In this document: piece after piece, positions 13,611 through 27,204 of the stretch | Layout: each line of letters begins with the position of its first letter | Numbering within the stretch: the stretch's first letter is position 1 | Origin: Octopus sinensis | Taxonomy: Eukaryota | Direction: 5' to 3' | NCBI RefSeq assembly: GCF_006345805.1 | Contig: NC_043018.1 | Location: 25,234,001-25,298,000, forward strand | Length of the DNA stretch: 64,000 nucleotides | Notes under the pieces: generated by a model | What the model saw: only the letters and a program-made list of their open reading frames with translations | Database searches by the model: none | Told to the model about the DNA's origin: nothing | Made by a program: the position numbers and the translations under genes

Positions 13611-13825
13611 TAAATACCCTGGATGCTGTAGGGTGCTTGCCTACCTTGTCAGTCATAAGATAATTGTGTTCTCATGGTTGAATTGTTTTGACTCTTATTT
13701 CTAGCAATGCTGGTGCAAACTAGTAGTCTTAGTCCCTTTAGTGACATCTATAGTTCCGTCTTTTGTTTGTAAATTGTGAATAAGCCATCTTTATTATAAT
13801 TAATATATACATATACATATACACA

Positions 13826-13856
<31 letters not shown>

Positions 13857-14306
13857 TTTTACCCAGTATGTATGTATTGTGTGTGTATACGATTCTTTGA
13901 TATTCATTAAATTCTGTAAAATTGCAAGACATAACCGGAAATTTTAGAACTGGTAATTGTGATGGTGTTAAAAGGGAGGAAGGGCGAAAGGTGGATTGTC
14001 TGCCATTGTGATATGCCTCTGATAATAGAACTATTGTTGATGCTGTTGGGTGGCCGCTTCTCCCTCTCAGACAGTGATGGTGGTGGAGACGGTGAGGGTG
14101 GTGGTGGTGGTGGTGGTGGTGGTGGAGGTGTTCCTGGCATCAGAGATATTATTTTCATTGTGATTGTTGATGATATAATTAACGTGGTGAATGTGGTGGT
14201 ACAGTTAGTGATTGTGTTGTTGCTGCTGCTGTTGTTGAAGTAATTACAATGGTATTTGACATCCATCATAAACAGATATATATATATATATATGCATATA
14301 TATATA

Positions 14307-14366
<60 letters not shown>

Positions 14367-14567
14367 TAAATACCCTGGATGCTGTAGGGTGCTTGCCTAC
14401 CTTGTCAGTCATAAGATAATTGTGTTCTCATGGTTGAATGTTTGACTCTTATTTCTAGCAATGCTGGTGCAAACTAGTAGTCTTAGTCCTTTAGTGACAT
14501 CTATAGTTCCGTCTTTTGTTTGTAAATTGTGAATAAGCCATCTTTATTATAATTAATATATACATAT

Positions 14568-14608
<41 letters not shown>
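13082..14608. repeat. ~750-bp direct tandem duplication with junctions in (CA)n
   Basis: acccagtatg at 13111 and 13861. The copies differ mainly by 1-bp indels and microsatellite length. Confidence 0.95.
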
Positions 14609-14614
<6 letters not shown>

Positions 14615-14617
14615 CTG

Positions 14618-14770
14618 GTGTAGGAGTGGCTGTGTGGTAAGTAGCTTGCTTACCAACCACATGGTTCCGGGTTCAGTCCCACTGCGTGGTAGCTTGGACA
14701 ACGGTCTTCTACTATAGCCTTGGGCCAACCAAAGCCTTGTGAGTGGATTTGGTAGACCGAAGCTGAAAGA

Positions 14771-14802
<32 letters not shown>

Positions 14803-14997
14803 TTGTCCACCCCAACATCACTTGACAACTGATGCTGGTGTGCTTATGTCCCCCGTAACTTAGTGGTTTGGCAAAAGAGACTGATAGAATAAGTACTAGG
14901 CTTACAAAGAATAAGTCCTGGGGTCGATTTGCTCGACTAAAGGCAGTGCTCCAGCATGGCCACAGTCAAATGACTGAAACAAGTAAAAGAGTAAAGA
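14618..14997 (+). mobile_element. SINE family A full copy
   Basis: Head, internal microsatellite and tail present. Confidence 0.85.
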
Positions 14998-15124
14998 GGT
15001 CAGAGAAAACCTTTATGTAGATATGGGTCTGTAAACCCATTTACCGTTAACACATACTTCTAATACAAAGATGCACTAAGCACATTTATATCATTTTACA
15101 ATATAAATAAATGAAGACAATATG

Positions 15125-15495
15125 AACAAGAGCACTCAGAGAGTGCAAACCTCCACTGAGGCAATACCGACGTCCTCTCAATGATTAGCCAGAGATGATT
15201 TTTAAAATGAGAATATCTGAAAAAAACTTGACTGCTCTCACAAATGAGAATACTAAAAATGAACCCGACTGCTCTCAAAAATCAAGTAAAAAAAAAACAG
15301 CAAAAATAATCCTGAATCCTTGTCCAGTACTGGATTGATCCCAAAATCTAATCAGTTTGTGCCAGTCATGAGGCCAAACATCCCTGAAAATTTCATCCAA
15401 ATCCATCCTGCAGTTCTTGAGATATCTTCTCCATGGAGAAACAAACTAACATGACTGAAAATAATACCACCGCCTTGCTAAGGCAGAGATAATAA
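15125..15495 (+). mobile_element. Non-autonomous Helitron/Helentron-like (HINE-type) element
   Basis: 5' aacaagagcactcagagagtgcaaacctcc and 3' hairpin gccttgctaaggc plus taataa. Family call is from recalled architecture. Confidence 0.4.
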
Positions 15496-15693
15496 ATTTC
15501 ATATACATAGATACAATCATGGCTGTGTGGTAAGAAACTTGCTTCCCAACCAAATGCTTCTGAGTTCAGTCCCACTGTGTGACACCTTGAGCAAGTGTCT
15601 TCTACTATTGCCTTGTGAGAGGATTTGGTAGATGGAAACTGAAAGAAGCCCACTGTGTATTGCCACTTACAAGCACCCTGTCCACATTGTAAA

Positions 15694-16127
15694 GTGGTTG
15701 GTGTTTGGAAGGGCATCCAGCTGTAAAAACCTTACCAAAACTAACCTCACCTGTGCTTGTGCCACATAAAAAGCACTAAGTCCAATCTGTTGAGTGGTTG
15801 GTGTTAGGAAGGGCATCCAGCTGTAAAAACCTTACAAAACTAACCATCACCGTGCTTGTGCCACATAAAAAGCACTAAGTCCAATCTGTTGAGTGGTTGG
15901 TGTTAGGAAGGGCATCCAGCTGTAAAAACCTTACCAAAACTAACCTCACCTGTGCTTGTGCCACATAAAAAGCACTAAGTCCAATCTGTTGAGTGGTTGG
16001 TGTTAGGAAGGGCATCCAGCTGTAAAAACCTTACCAAAACTAACCTCACCTGTGCTTGTGCCACATAAAAAGCACTAAGTCCAATCTGTTGAGTGGTTGG
16101 TGTTAGGAAGGGCATCCAGCTGCAAAA
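15694..16127 (+). repeat. 100-bp tandem array (~4.3 copies) derived from SINE-B core
   Basis: gtggttggtg recurs at 15694, 15794, 15893, 15993 and 16093. Confidence 0.9.
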
Positions 16128-16359
16128 ATCCAGCCAAATCAATTACAGAAGTCTGGCGCACACTTCTGCCTGGCCGGCTCTTGTCAAACTAGCCCACCTT
16201 GAGAAAGAAAATAGGGTACACATATTTGAAAATAAGACAGGGTGGCCATGTTTGGAACGCCTTTGTACACATGGCATCTTGTACTACATTTTATTTCCCC
16301 ACTTCAACTAGTACAAAACTTTAAACACCACCATAGCAACACGACCATTATTATGACCA

Positions 16360-16545
<186 letters not shown>

Positions 16546-17129
16546 CTGTAACAACTCAAATACCATTCCCATCACAAATTACCACCGTTACAATCACCCC
16601 TGCAACCACAACCATCACCATCATTACTACTACTACCACTACCATCACCACTACAACGCCACCACCACATCCACTACCACCACCACTAACAGCGTGAGTG
16701 TATAAATCTACCCCTACCTCACCTTTGAGCAAACAGTGTACCCAATCATATAAATCGGATACACTGTAGTATTAGTTGTTGTCATCATCATCATTGTCGT
16801 AACAGTAATTAAAAACCATAATTAATTAACTGTTCCCTTTTGTTTAATTAGTTTGGTTTTCTTTTTATTTGTTTTCAATTTTGCTGTCCCCCAAACTGTA
16901 TTCCAATGTATTTGTTGTTGGTGCTTGTTTTAGTTTTTTTAATTTTATATATATATATATAATTCCGAAGGGAAAGCAAAACCCCACTCCATCCATTACC
17001 TTAGACATTGTTAAGTCAATGACAAAACACCCACCCACCCATACCACCACCAGCACCACCGCCACCAATCTCACTATTGTACAAGCAGATACACAGATCA
17101 AATGAGAATACTGACAACCATGACAATAT

Positions 17130-17183
<54 letters not shown>

Positions 17184-18146
17184 CAGTGATGGTGATAATG
17201 AAAGTTTAATATGTACTTCTGCCACTCGGATTGATGGTGCTTCAAGGACTGTGAGAAGAAGGGTAGAAATTGGTTGCGGAGCCAGAAAATGAAGAGTGCT
17301 ACCACCCAGCTACCCTCACCTGTCTCCTGTCTACCCTCACCAGATTAATGGATCGAGTTGGATGCCTGTTTATGAAGTCAAAAAATCCAAGAGAGAGAGA
17401 GAGAGAGAGAGAGTATGTGTATGTGTGTGTGTGTGAATGAGAGAGTGAGTGTGTGTATGTGTGTGTGTGTGTGTGTGAATGAGAGAGAGAGAGTGTGTGT
17501 GTGTGTGTCTGTGTGTGTGAATAAGAGAGTGAGTGTGTGTATGTGTGTGTGTGTGTGTGAATGAGAGAGAGAGAGAGAGAGAGTGTGTGTGTGTGTGAGT
17601 GCGTGTGCAAACGCACACTCACATGCACGTGTGCTCTCTATGATTTCTAACATAGCCAATTTACACAGAGCAAGATACAGAAGGGACAGTCTAAACAGTA
17701 TGGAACTCTGAAGATGACCATCTGCCCCTTGCTGGCTACTGCCACAAAACCACCACCACCACTACCACCACTACCACTACATCATCCATTACACATGCAT
17801 AAAAGAGAAGACTTCCACCACCACCACCGCCATCCATCCATCCATTACATAAAAAGCAGGAGAAGCAAAAACTGCCACCCTCGTCCACATCGTTATTATT
17901 CCAAGATAGCTTAATGACTCATTCTAATTGTATTTATGTAATGCCAATTGATAATCTGTGAGACTTTAAGCTAGTTCTACTACACATGATTTTAGCACTG
18001 CTCCATGGTACCTAGATTTAATTCTACTACAAATGAAGCACCATTGTACAATATTACCTGCTGAGATTTACCACATGCAGTTTTGCTATCACTAATAATA
18101 TTGTGACTATCTTTAACACAGTCTGTGACACTGTGACTAGCTTTAC

Positions 18147-18660
18147 TATCTCTCTATCCACTCAGTCGAAGTCGACTCTTGGTTACTTGTTGGATCAGTG
18201 TCCTCCAGTCAGTTCTATCCTGGGCCGCTTCTTTCAGATTGGCTATGTCCATGCCGGTATCACTCTTGATGGTGTCAAGCCAGCGGGTTCTTGGTCGGCC
18301 TCTTCCTCTCTTGCCACTGACCATTCAGAGCATGATGTCCTTCTCCAGGGATATTCTCCGCATAATATGACCGAAATATACTAATCTATGCTTGGTGATC
18401 CTAGCTTCTAGCAACATTTTCAGCCCTATCTGCTTAAGAATTTCTCCATTGGTGATCCTCGCTGTCCATGGAATCCGTAAAAGTCTTCTCCAACATCAAA
18501 GCTCGAATGCATTAATTCTCTTCTGGTCAGCTTTCTTTAGTGTCCAGGTCTTGCATCCATATGTTGCTATTGGGAAGACAATTGCATTCACCAATCTGAA
18601 TTTGATAGCGAGTCTGATGTCTCTACTCTTCCAGACCCTTTACTACAGCTTGTTAATTGG
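18147..18660 (-). mobile_element. 5'-truncated RTE (BovB-like) LINE with 12-bp TSD GACTAGCTTTAC
   Basis: Translation WKSRDIRLAIKFRLVNAIVFPIATYGC..WTL..CWRRLLRIPWTAR..YFGHIMRR..GKRGRGRPRTRWLD..DRTDWR. TSD at 18135-18146 and 18661-18672. Confidence 0.9.
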
Positions 18661-18894
18661 GACTAGCTTTACCATGGATGGTAAAGCCAGTCCTTTGGTA
18701 GCTTTGTTACAGCTAGTGGAAATGTAACTAGTTTTAGTATGACTTGTGGTCCCTTAACTTTATCCCAGTTGGTGATACTGTGACAAGACAATGACAAATG
18801 ACCAAGACTTTTGGAGATCTGCTGTGCTTTAGAAGATATGTCCAGCTAAGTGAACTCATACTCATGGTCAGCGCTGGTGATGTGTGCACCAATG

Positions 18895-19060
18895 CTGGTA
18901 ACATGTTAAGGGCACCTGTGCCAGTGATATGTTAAAGGTATCCCCACCAGCGGCATATTAATAGCATCCATACCAGTGACATGTTAAGGGCACCCATGCT
19001 GGTGATGCATTAAGGGTACTTGTGCCAGTGATGCATTAAGGGCACCCTTGCCAGTGACAA
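18895..19060. repeat. ~26-bp degenerate minisatellite (atgttaagggcacc..tgccagtga) from SINE-B interior
   Basis: About six diverged units. Related short arrays at 51410-51520 and 61810-61880 (30-bp unit). Confidence 0.6.
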
Positions 19061-19112
19061 TAAGTTCTATGCTATAAATGATATTGGAACAGGCATATTT
19101 ATAAAATATCCC

Positions 19113-19300
19113 ATGTATCTTAAAGCAATCTTTCAGGCTCCGTTTCTCAACAGGATTTGGAACAGCCATGACATATCGTCGATGTATATAAATAAGTCAG
19201 TGGTCTTCACAACATTGCTTTATGGTGCTGAATCTTGGACTCTGTACCAAAAGCACATCAACCAGCTTGACGCTTTTCATATGCGATGCTTGCAAACTAG
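19113..19300 (+). mobile_element. RTE-clade LINE ORF2 fragment
   Basis: RIWNSHDI..VVFTTLLYGAESWTLYQKHINQLDAFHMRCL, the post-RT RTE motif. Confidence 0.75.
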
Positions 19301-20219
19301 GTTTGTATGAATGATAAAGGACTATGTACTGAAGACTTATTTTTTCACTTGCTAGCATACACACACATGCACACACAGACGCACACACACACACACTCAC
19401 CTTTGTGAGTGCATACCTGCATGAATGTATGCCTACATACACACATCCTTATATATTAGACATGTTTACCCACGTGCATACATCTATTGTGTATATATAC
19501 ACATGCACACAATTTTATGTATATGCATACATACATAAAATGTGTGCGTGCATATATATATTTATATACACATGCATACATAGATATGTGTGTGTGTGTG
19601 TGTGTATACATATATATATATATATATTATATATATATATATATATATACATATAAATATACATATACACACATACACACACACATACAAACATAGGTAT
19701 ACATATACACATATATGTATATATATAAATACACACACACATAAAAGTTTTACACATAGGCATATGCCAACATTCATGTACTGATTATATATACAATCAC
19801 ACACACACACACACACATACAGCTACATTATCCTTCATCACTGCTTGAATGAGAGACAGGAAATAGCGACCATATTTACAATTCCTAGAGAACATCTGTT
19901 GGTTCATAGAAAGAAATATTCTATGAAAGAGGAACATAGAAGAGAAACATTCATTTCACAGACTGTGACTATATTCCACGCTTCATTTAATTCAGCTGAG
20001 AGGATATAGAAGGCTATTCAATGGACCCAGCCCAGACCCTCTATACATCCTCTTCTGCCTCCCCGCCTATCTTTACAATGCAATGGAATGGGTTAGGGTA
20101 GAGTTCACAGCTATTTAGAATACATTTGCACACTGAACATATTTTCAGGTATGTTTGGAAGATTATATATACATGCACAAAGAACGTATGTATATATGCG
20201 TGTGTGTGTGTTGGTATGA

Positions 20220-20262
<43 letters not shown>

Positions 20263-20573
20263 GACAGAGAGAGAGAGTAAAAGAAACAAAAGGAGAAACA
20301 AAAGTGCATTTATATGTATGTACCCATGCGTACATGTGTGTGTATATATATTATATATATATATATATACATAGACAGAGAGAGAGAGTAAAAGAAACAA
20401 AAGGAGAAACAAAAGTGCATTTATATGTATGTACCCATGCGTACATGTGTGTGTATATATATATATATATATATTTATATGTACAAACATACACATAGGT
20501 ATTTGCGTGTGGCAGTGTATATATATGTGTATATGTATATATATTTATGTATATGTATGTATTTGTGAGAGTA

Positions 20574-20621
<48 letters not shown>

Positions 20622-21169
20622 TGTATATATATGTATACACATACACATACACACAATATGCAAATGTGTGTGTGTGTGTGTTTGTAGACAGGAATATCTA
20701 TGTGGGCGTAGCTTTGTGGTTAGGAAGCTTGCTTTTCAACAATGTGGTTCCAGGTTCAAACAAACTAGCAGCATATTGGGCAAGAATCTTGATCAATACC
20801 TGAGGAGTGGAATTTGGTAGACAGAAACTTTGCAGAAGCCCATTGCTTTTCTATTTATATCTGTTTTTTATATTCATATATATAGATATGATGATGATGA
20901 TATATATTTCCATCTCCCAAATCCACTCACAAGGCTTTGGTCAGCCCAAGGCTATAGTAGAAGACACTTGCCCAAGGTGCCATACAGTAGGACTGAACCT
21001 GGAACCATGTGGTTGAGAAGCATGCTTCTAACCACACAGCCGCGCTTTGAGCGAAGTCATTGCCAGTGCAGGTAGCACATGAAAAACACCATTTGAGTGT
21101 GGTCATTGCCAGTACCGCCTGACTAGCCCTCGTGCCGGTGGCACGTAAAAGCACCCACTACACTCCAAG

Positions 21170-21870
21170 CATTTTATCCAGTGTGCTAACGTTTCTGCCA
21201 GCTCACTGCCTTGTGACAATACTTTCTACTATAAGGACAAGGCCTGAAATTTTAGGGGAAGTGACTAGTCAATAAAGAGCAACCCCAGTACTTGACTGCT
21301 ACATATTTTATTGCCCCCGAAAGGATAAAAGGCAAAGTCAACTTCAGCAGAATTTGAACACAATGTAAAGGCAGACAAACTCTGTTAACCATTTGTCCTG
21401 CATGCTAACTGTACTGCCTGCTCACCACCTTTCAGAAATCAATGATAATCTTTTCTATTATAGGCACAAGGCCTGAAACTTGGTGGCAAGGGGGTGGTTA
21501 GTCGATTATATTGACCCCAGTGCTTCACTTGTGCTCAATTTATCAACCCCGAAAGGATGAAAGGCAAAGTCGACCTCGGCAGAATTTGAACTTAGAACGT
21601 AAAGATGAGCATTTTGCCACCTCACCACCTTATCAATAATAATAATAATAATGGTTTCAAATTTTACCAGAAGCTCAGCAATTTGGGGGAGGGGATGAGT
21701 TGATTACATCGACCCCAGTCTTCAGCTGGTACTTATTTTATCAACCCCCAAAAGATGAAGGTAAAGCTGACTTCAGCAGAATTTGAACTCAGAACATAGT
21801 GACAGGCAAAATGCTTTGTGTGCTAATGATTCTGCCAGCTCTCCACCTTAATCAATAATAATAATAATAA
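21170..21870 (-). mobile_element. SINE family C cluster
   Basis: Three tandem degenerate copies. Similar clusters at 30400-31200 and 50865-51400. Confidence 0.7.
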
Positions 21871-22405
21871 TGTTATTGTTCAGATACGCATGGACACATA
21901 ACTTCTCTCCCCCCTCACATGCAAACACACATTCCTAAACATTCATAAACCCTCACCCTTTCACACTTAGACGACTTCCATACAAACCCAAATCTACTTC
22001 CTATCTTCTCCTGCTTCTCTCACACAACTGTTACGACTGTTATTCTTTCCTTTACCAAATCAATAAAAGCCAAAAGCTGCCCCACCTCATGGAAACCTGA
22101 CCAGTGGACCTTACTATAGATATTTTCGATACGGTCAGTGAACAGGACCCCCACCAATTCATTTTCCATTACAACACTTCAGTGATCAGTAACTGATCGA
22201 TAATTGATTAATTAATTGGTCTTCCCCCACCACTCACCAGTTCAACCTCCGTCTATTATCGTTCATTATAAACAGAGAATCTTTATTATAGTCCACAATG
22301 GAAGTTTATTCACACATATATACACTAGAAACATTGTGTGTGCACAGATGCATATGTTTAAATGTGTACATGTACATATGCACATGTCTATCCATATATA
22401 CATGT

Positions 22406-22437
<32 letters not shown>

Positions 22438-22502
22438 TACATAAAGAGATATACACCTTTATCATGTAGAAAGTTTATTTCTGTAATAACTATATATATG
22501 TA

Positions 22503-22655
<153 letters not shown>

Positions 22656-23299
22656 TATATATAGATAGATAGATAGATATATATAGATATACATATACAT
22701 ATATATATATAAATATATGTATGTATGTATGTATGTATGTATTTGTTAAACATTAGTTCATAATAGTGTAGTGTACACACAAGTACATATGCACAAAAAT
22801 AATATACAAACACACAACACATAAATGTATATATATACACGTGTACACACATAGTAGAGCCGCTGGAAAGAACTCTAACAAAACATACATTCTGCTAAAT
22901 CCGAGGCATAAGGGAGTTTCTGTTTTCTAATTAAAAGGATAATTTCAGTTAAAGCAGTGGTTTCCAATCTTTTTTGCATGAAAACTGGTTTCACAAGCAG
23001 AAGTACCCAGCATTGCCCAGGTTAAAGATAATGAGATTTCGTTCAAAAATTTGATAGACGTGTTTTTTTCTAAATAATTATTGTGGTTAGTGATTCTAAC
23101 ATTACTGGCAAAACAAATTCGGTGAGATCAACAACGGTAATATACTTGAGATAGAAAACACATAAAAAGCAAGTTATAATAAAACTTCTCCTGGCTTGCC
23201 AATCCTCAGTCAAACCATCCAACACATACCAGCATGGAAAGAGGACGTTAAACAATGATGATGATACAATATCATAATGAGTTTTTTCTAGTGGAGTAT

Positions 23300-23727
23300 A
23301 AATGAAAGGCACTTAAAAGGCACCATTTGAGCGTGATCGTTACCAGCGTCGCCTTAAAGAGCACCATCTGAGCGTGATCGTTGCCGGAGTGGCTATCCAG
23401 CCTCCATGCCGGTGGCACGTAAAAGACACCATTCGAGCGTGATCGTTACCAGCATTGCCTTACTGGCACCTGTGCCAGTAGCATGTGTAAAAGATTCGAG
23501 CGAGGCCGTTGCCAGTACCACCTGACTGGCCCCATGCCAGTGGCACATAAAAGCACCCACTACACTCTCGGAGTGGTTGGCGTTTGGAAGGGCATCCAGC
23601 TGTAGAAACTCTGCCAGATCAAGATTGAAGCCTGGTGCAGCCATCTGGTTCGCCGGCTCTCAGTCATTCGTCCAACCCATGCTAGCATGGAAAGCGGACG
23701 TTAAACGACGACAATGATGATGACGAT
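23300..23727 (+). mobile_element. SINE family B (internal minisatellite, aggaagggcatccagctgta core, aacccatgctagcatggaaagcggacgttaaa plus (GAT)n tail)
   Basis: Other fragments at ~5665, 9340, 35505, 40980, 41210, 42250, 49095, 52720, 53680-54085 and 59510. Confidence 0.75.
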
Positions 23728-24319
23728 CGTTTGAACTTCCATCATGTGAGCATCCATGAGGGAAGCAAGGCTCCTCTAATTGCAAACTGGTTACTGATAA
23801 TGTCTGTCCTTGCAATTTGTTGATGGACACTGTGAAATTCAGTCTAATTGGAAACGGTCCTCTTTGAAATTATACTGGTGAACCAGTAGGTATTAATGGA
23901 CTTCTAGCAATGAATACATTATCGCCTGGTCCACATCCAGAGAGAGTCCAGTAGCATCTATAACGTTTGGCATCATTTTCTTCACAATAAGTCTTATTCC
24001 ATTACACAATTTTGGAGGATCTAAATTTTTCAGAACCATTACAGGGGTTGCAGGTTTCAAGTCAAAGCTTATGAGGAGGTAAATTTGGTGGTTGCAGAGA
24101 GTTTAAAAACTCAACTGGATAATTTACTTTTTATGATTGGTCAACAACAGTGTCAACAGATCTGTATGATTGGCAATTTCCAAGAAGGCATATTAAGAGA
24201 TCAAAGTTTATTGCATTCACTGTTACATTTTTCGGGGCTAGAATTGCCCTTTCACTCAACCATTTGTGATGCTTATGTTGTGCACTGAGATTTGGGAAGA
24301 CTTTGTTAATAAATTCTTT
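23728..24319 (-). pseudogene. Decayed Helitron-type PIF1 helicase C-terminal fragment
   Basis: Translation with stops and frameshifts: KVFPNL..KWLSERAILAPKN..VNYPVEFLNSLQPPNLPPHKL..PVMVLKNLDPPKLCNGIRLIVK..NVF..FPIRLNFTVSINKLQGQTL..EPCFPHG. These are PIF1/RepHel helicase motifs. Confidence 0.85.
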
Positions 24320-24702
24320 GGATCTTTTCGGTTTGAATGGCAGTTTTTTCTAGCGGTGTCATATGAAATTGTCATCCATAATTATGACCCTAGTATCGAT
24401 CTATTGCATTTCAATCTGTTTTAGGGTTGGGGTGGGTATCTTTTTTTCTTCACAAAATGTAAATAAACCCAATCTGTTTCTTAAACGAGGGACATTCATA
24501 CGGCACAGAATGTTTTTTTTACCTCAATGGACGTCATTGATTGGTTGAAATTGCAGAAAAAAACAACAACAAATATCTTATAAACTATAGAATTTTCTCA
24601 ATAAAGTCAAGAGAAAACGATGTTTTATAAACACATTCTATCAGTATACGAAGTTTAAAATTTTTTAGTTACCTAGAATTATGTTAAAAACCGAAAAGAT
24701 CC
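24320..24702. mobile_element. Related MITE (383 bp), TIR GGATCTTTTCGGTTT, 8-bp TSD aattcttt/aatttttt
   Basis: The right ~150 bp matches the arm of the 6004 element. Inserted in the Helitron helicase remnant. Confidence 0.8.
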
Positions 24703-25650
24703 AATTTTTTCTCTAATTTCATCATTGGGCAAATATATATTATATATAGAGAGAATGTCCGATGTCGTTTGGCTACTATTTCTAGCAACGGCCCTGACCA
24801 TGTAGAAGTTTTTTTCAGTCCCTTCACATTAAGTCAATTAACGAACGAGAAAGGGGCGAACACACCCACTAACACTAACAACTACAACAGCATGTCACAC
24901 ACACATTCTGCATTAACTTCCATTTATTTTTCGAAAACAACCTAAACTAACGGTCGAATCAAATTTTCAGCAGACGACAGTGAGAGGTGATCCACATGAG
25001 TTGGACTTTTTCCTTTTTGACAGGGATTTTTCAAATTTTGTTTTACACTGTGACCTAGGAAATAATCTGGAACATCTTTTTAACAAACGTCTTCGAAAAA
25101 TAGTTTTTCTATCCCCACGCACCCCCATCTCTCCGGACCGATTTTGGTCGATTTTGTGGGAATTTCGCACGATGATTTTTTGGGGGGGCACTATGCACTT
25201 AAATAGGAGAATCGTTTTCGGTAACAAAAAGTAAATATTTTCAGACGAAAATGTGTGTGAGTAAAAGGAAATTTGGCTGTTGTTTCTAGCATGTCGCATG
25301 ACCGGTAAGGTTTAGGGTTAATAGTAATCATAAATTTTCAAACATTCCTTTTTTTTATTGTATATCGCTAACGTCCGCCAAATTTTCGTTTAATCAGGAC
25401 TACCTCCTGTTCCTTACAAGAATATTGTTCCAAATTTGAGGACAGCCTATACCTGAGTCTAAGAACCTTTCACGCCAAGTTTGAACACGATTAGTTTACT
25501 AGTTATTGGATACATTGGTAACAAACAGATTTTATATATACATTTTCTTTTATTAAAGCTGCAACAACATCCCAAAAAACTGCCTCAGACTTTCACGTTC
25601 TCAATTGTCAAACATATACATATATGACATATATATAATGTTAGAGAATA

Positions 25651-25682
<32 letters not shown>

Positions 25683-26430
25683 ATGTTAGAGAATATATAT
25701 GTATATATATATATATATATATTTCTTTACAACCCACAAGGGGCTAAACATAGAGGGTACAAACAAGAACAGACAAAGGGATTAAGTCGATTACATCGAC
25801 CCCAGTGTGAAACTGGTACTTTATTTATCGACCCCGAAAGATATATATGTATATATAATGCAAAAACATCCTAAAGACTGCGATAGTCAATACAATAGGA
25901 ATAAAATTTTATTTATTGTCTTTATTTGTGCAGACCGGTTTTGGTCCGCGACCCTGTAGTTAGGGGCCTCTGCTTTTTAATAGAAAGACGAGCCACTAAT
26001 TGCTTCGTTCGTGAAACTATTCTTCTTCTAAACTACACAACCTTTCTTTCGGTGATTTCCGTAACCTCACGTCTCACTCTAATCGCTTACCCCTTTCCCC
26101 TCATTCGACGTCTCCCATAACAACGCATTCTAAGCTTCGGTGTCCTTCGTAACCCTTCGTAACCTCCGCAATTAATTTCTCTTCTTTCGTTCCGCAAATA
26201 CCAGCTTAAACACCTTCGATATCCTCTCTAAATTACGCCACCTTCTCCTCTCCCGTCTTCTTACATGTATGTAATTAATCTTACCATTAATTATTAATCC
26301 TCAAAACCCAGTCTCCGATATAGAAAAGCTTCCTCAGTCTTGTCACTAGAGCTAGATAGCCATTAATACCACTGAGAATTGCTTGGACCCAACATCCATT
26401 TGTTGCCCTCACCTATAAACCCTCTATCTT

Positions 26431-26506
<76 letters not shown>

Positions 26507-26508
26507 AT

Positions 26509-26544
<36 letters not shown>

Positions 26545-26580
26545 AAGAGATCTTAGTTGGGTCGATAAAGGTGCAAAACT

Positions 26581-26586
26581 TATAAA
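26581..26586 (+). promoter_or_regulatory. Candidate TATA box of the CCDC172-like gene
   Basis: TATAAA about 125 nt upstream of the ATG, no ATG downstream of it before 26710, just after a (TA)n(GA)n tract. Sequence-only guess. Confidence 0.25.
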
Positions 26587-26709
26587 CTGTATCATTAGGA
26601 ACAAGACCAACACCTCGGCCCCTTTTACTCCCTTTCATCCACTAAGTAATCTTCTGTGTCAATTTCATTAAATCCTAACTTGTCTTCCCATTCTAAACAC
26701 ATATCTACA

Positions 26710-26794
26710 ATGGAACCATCATTTGACACACTTTTCAACCAAATTCTCGAAGCTGAACAAATTGCAGAGAAAATAAGGAACGATTCTCGAAAAG
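26710..26794 (+). CDS. CCDC172: CCDC172-like coiled-coil protein, exon 1 (MEPSFDTLFNQILEAEQIAEKIRNDSRK)
   Basis: ATG in strong context (ACAATGG) with an in-frame TAA upstream at 26647. Donor AG|GTAAAA, phase 1. N-terminus resembles recalled human CCDC172 (SLESLFQHIIFTEHQAE). The spliced product is 263 aa versus about 258 aa in human (recalled). Confidence 0.8.
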
Positions 26795-27204
26795 GTAAAA
26801 AGGAGGATTCTTTTTTTTTTGTGTGTGGAGAGAGGTGGTTTGTTTTGGCTAGAATTTTAAAGAATTTTATCAACAGTGGAGACTTTAATAATTGCTTTCT
26901 CTTAATATAAGTTACTCTAAGCTAATTACTAATCGAGTTTCTTTAGGCGTGACTCTGTGGCAAGACGTTTGTTCCCAGTTACATGCTTCCGAGTTCAGTT
27001 CCTCTGTGTGGGACCCTGGGCAAGTGTTTCCCATTGTAACCCCAGGCCGACCAAAGCCTTGTAAATGGATTTCATAAACAGAAACTGAAAGAAGCCCACC
27101 ATGTACGTGTGTATGTTCCCCACTGCCGTTTGACAACCGATGTCCTTGTAATTTAGCGGTTCAGCAAAACATTGATAGGATAAGTACCAGACCTTAATAA
27201 CAAT

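Noticed and set aside
15694-16127. Regular repeat array resembling CRISPR
   Set aside because: Units are contiguous with no unique spacers, derive from a SINE, and the context is eukaryotic with no cas genes.
24960-25310. CpG-rich block ending in CCG|GTAAGG as a non-coding first exon
   Set aside because: It cannot be distinguished from a DNA-transposon remnant (ggtttagggtt motif), and no matching acceptor is needed for the gene model.
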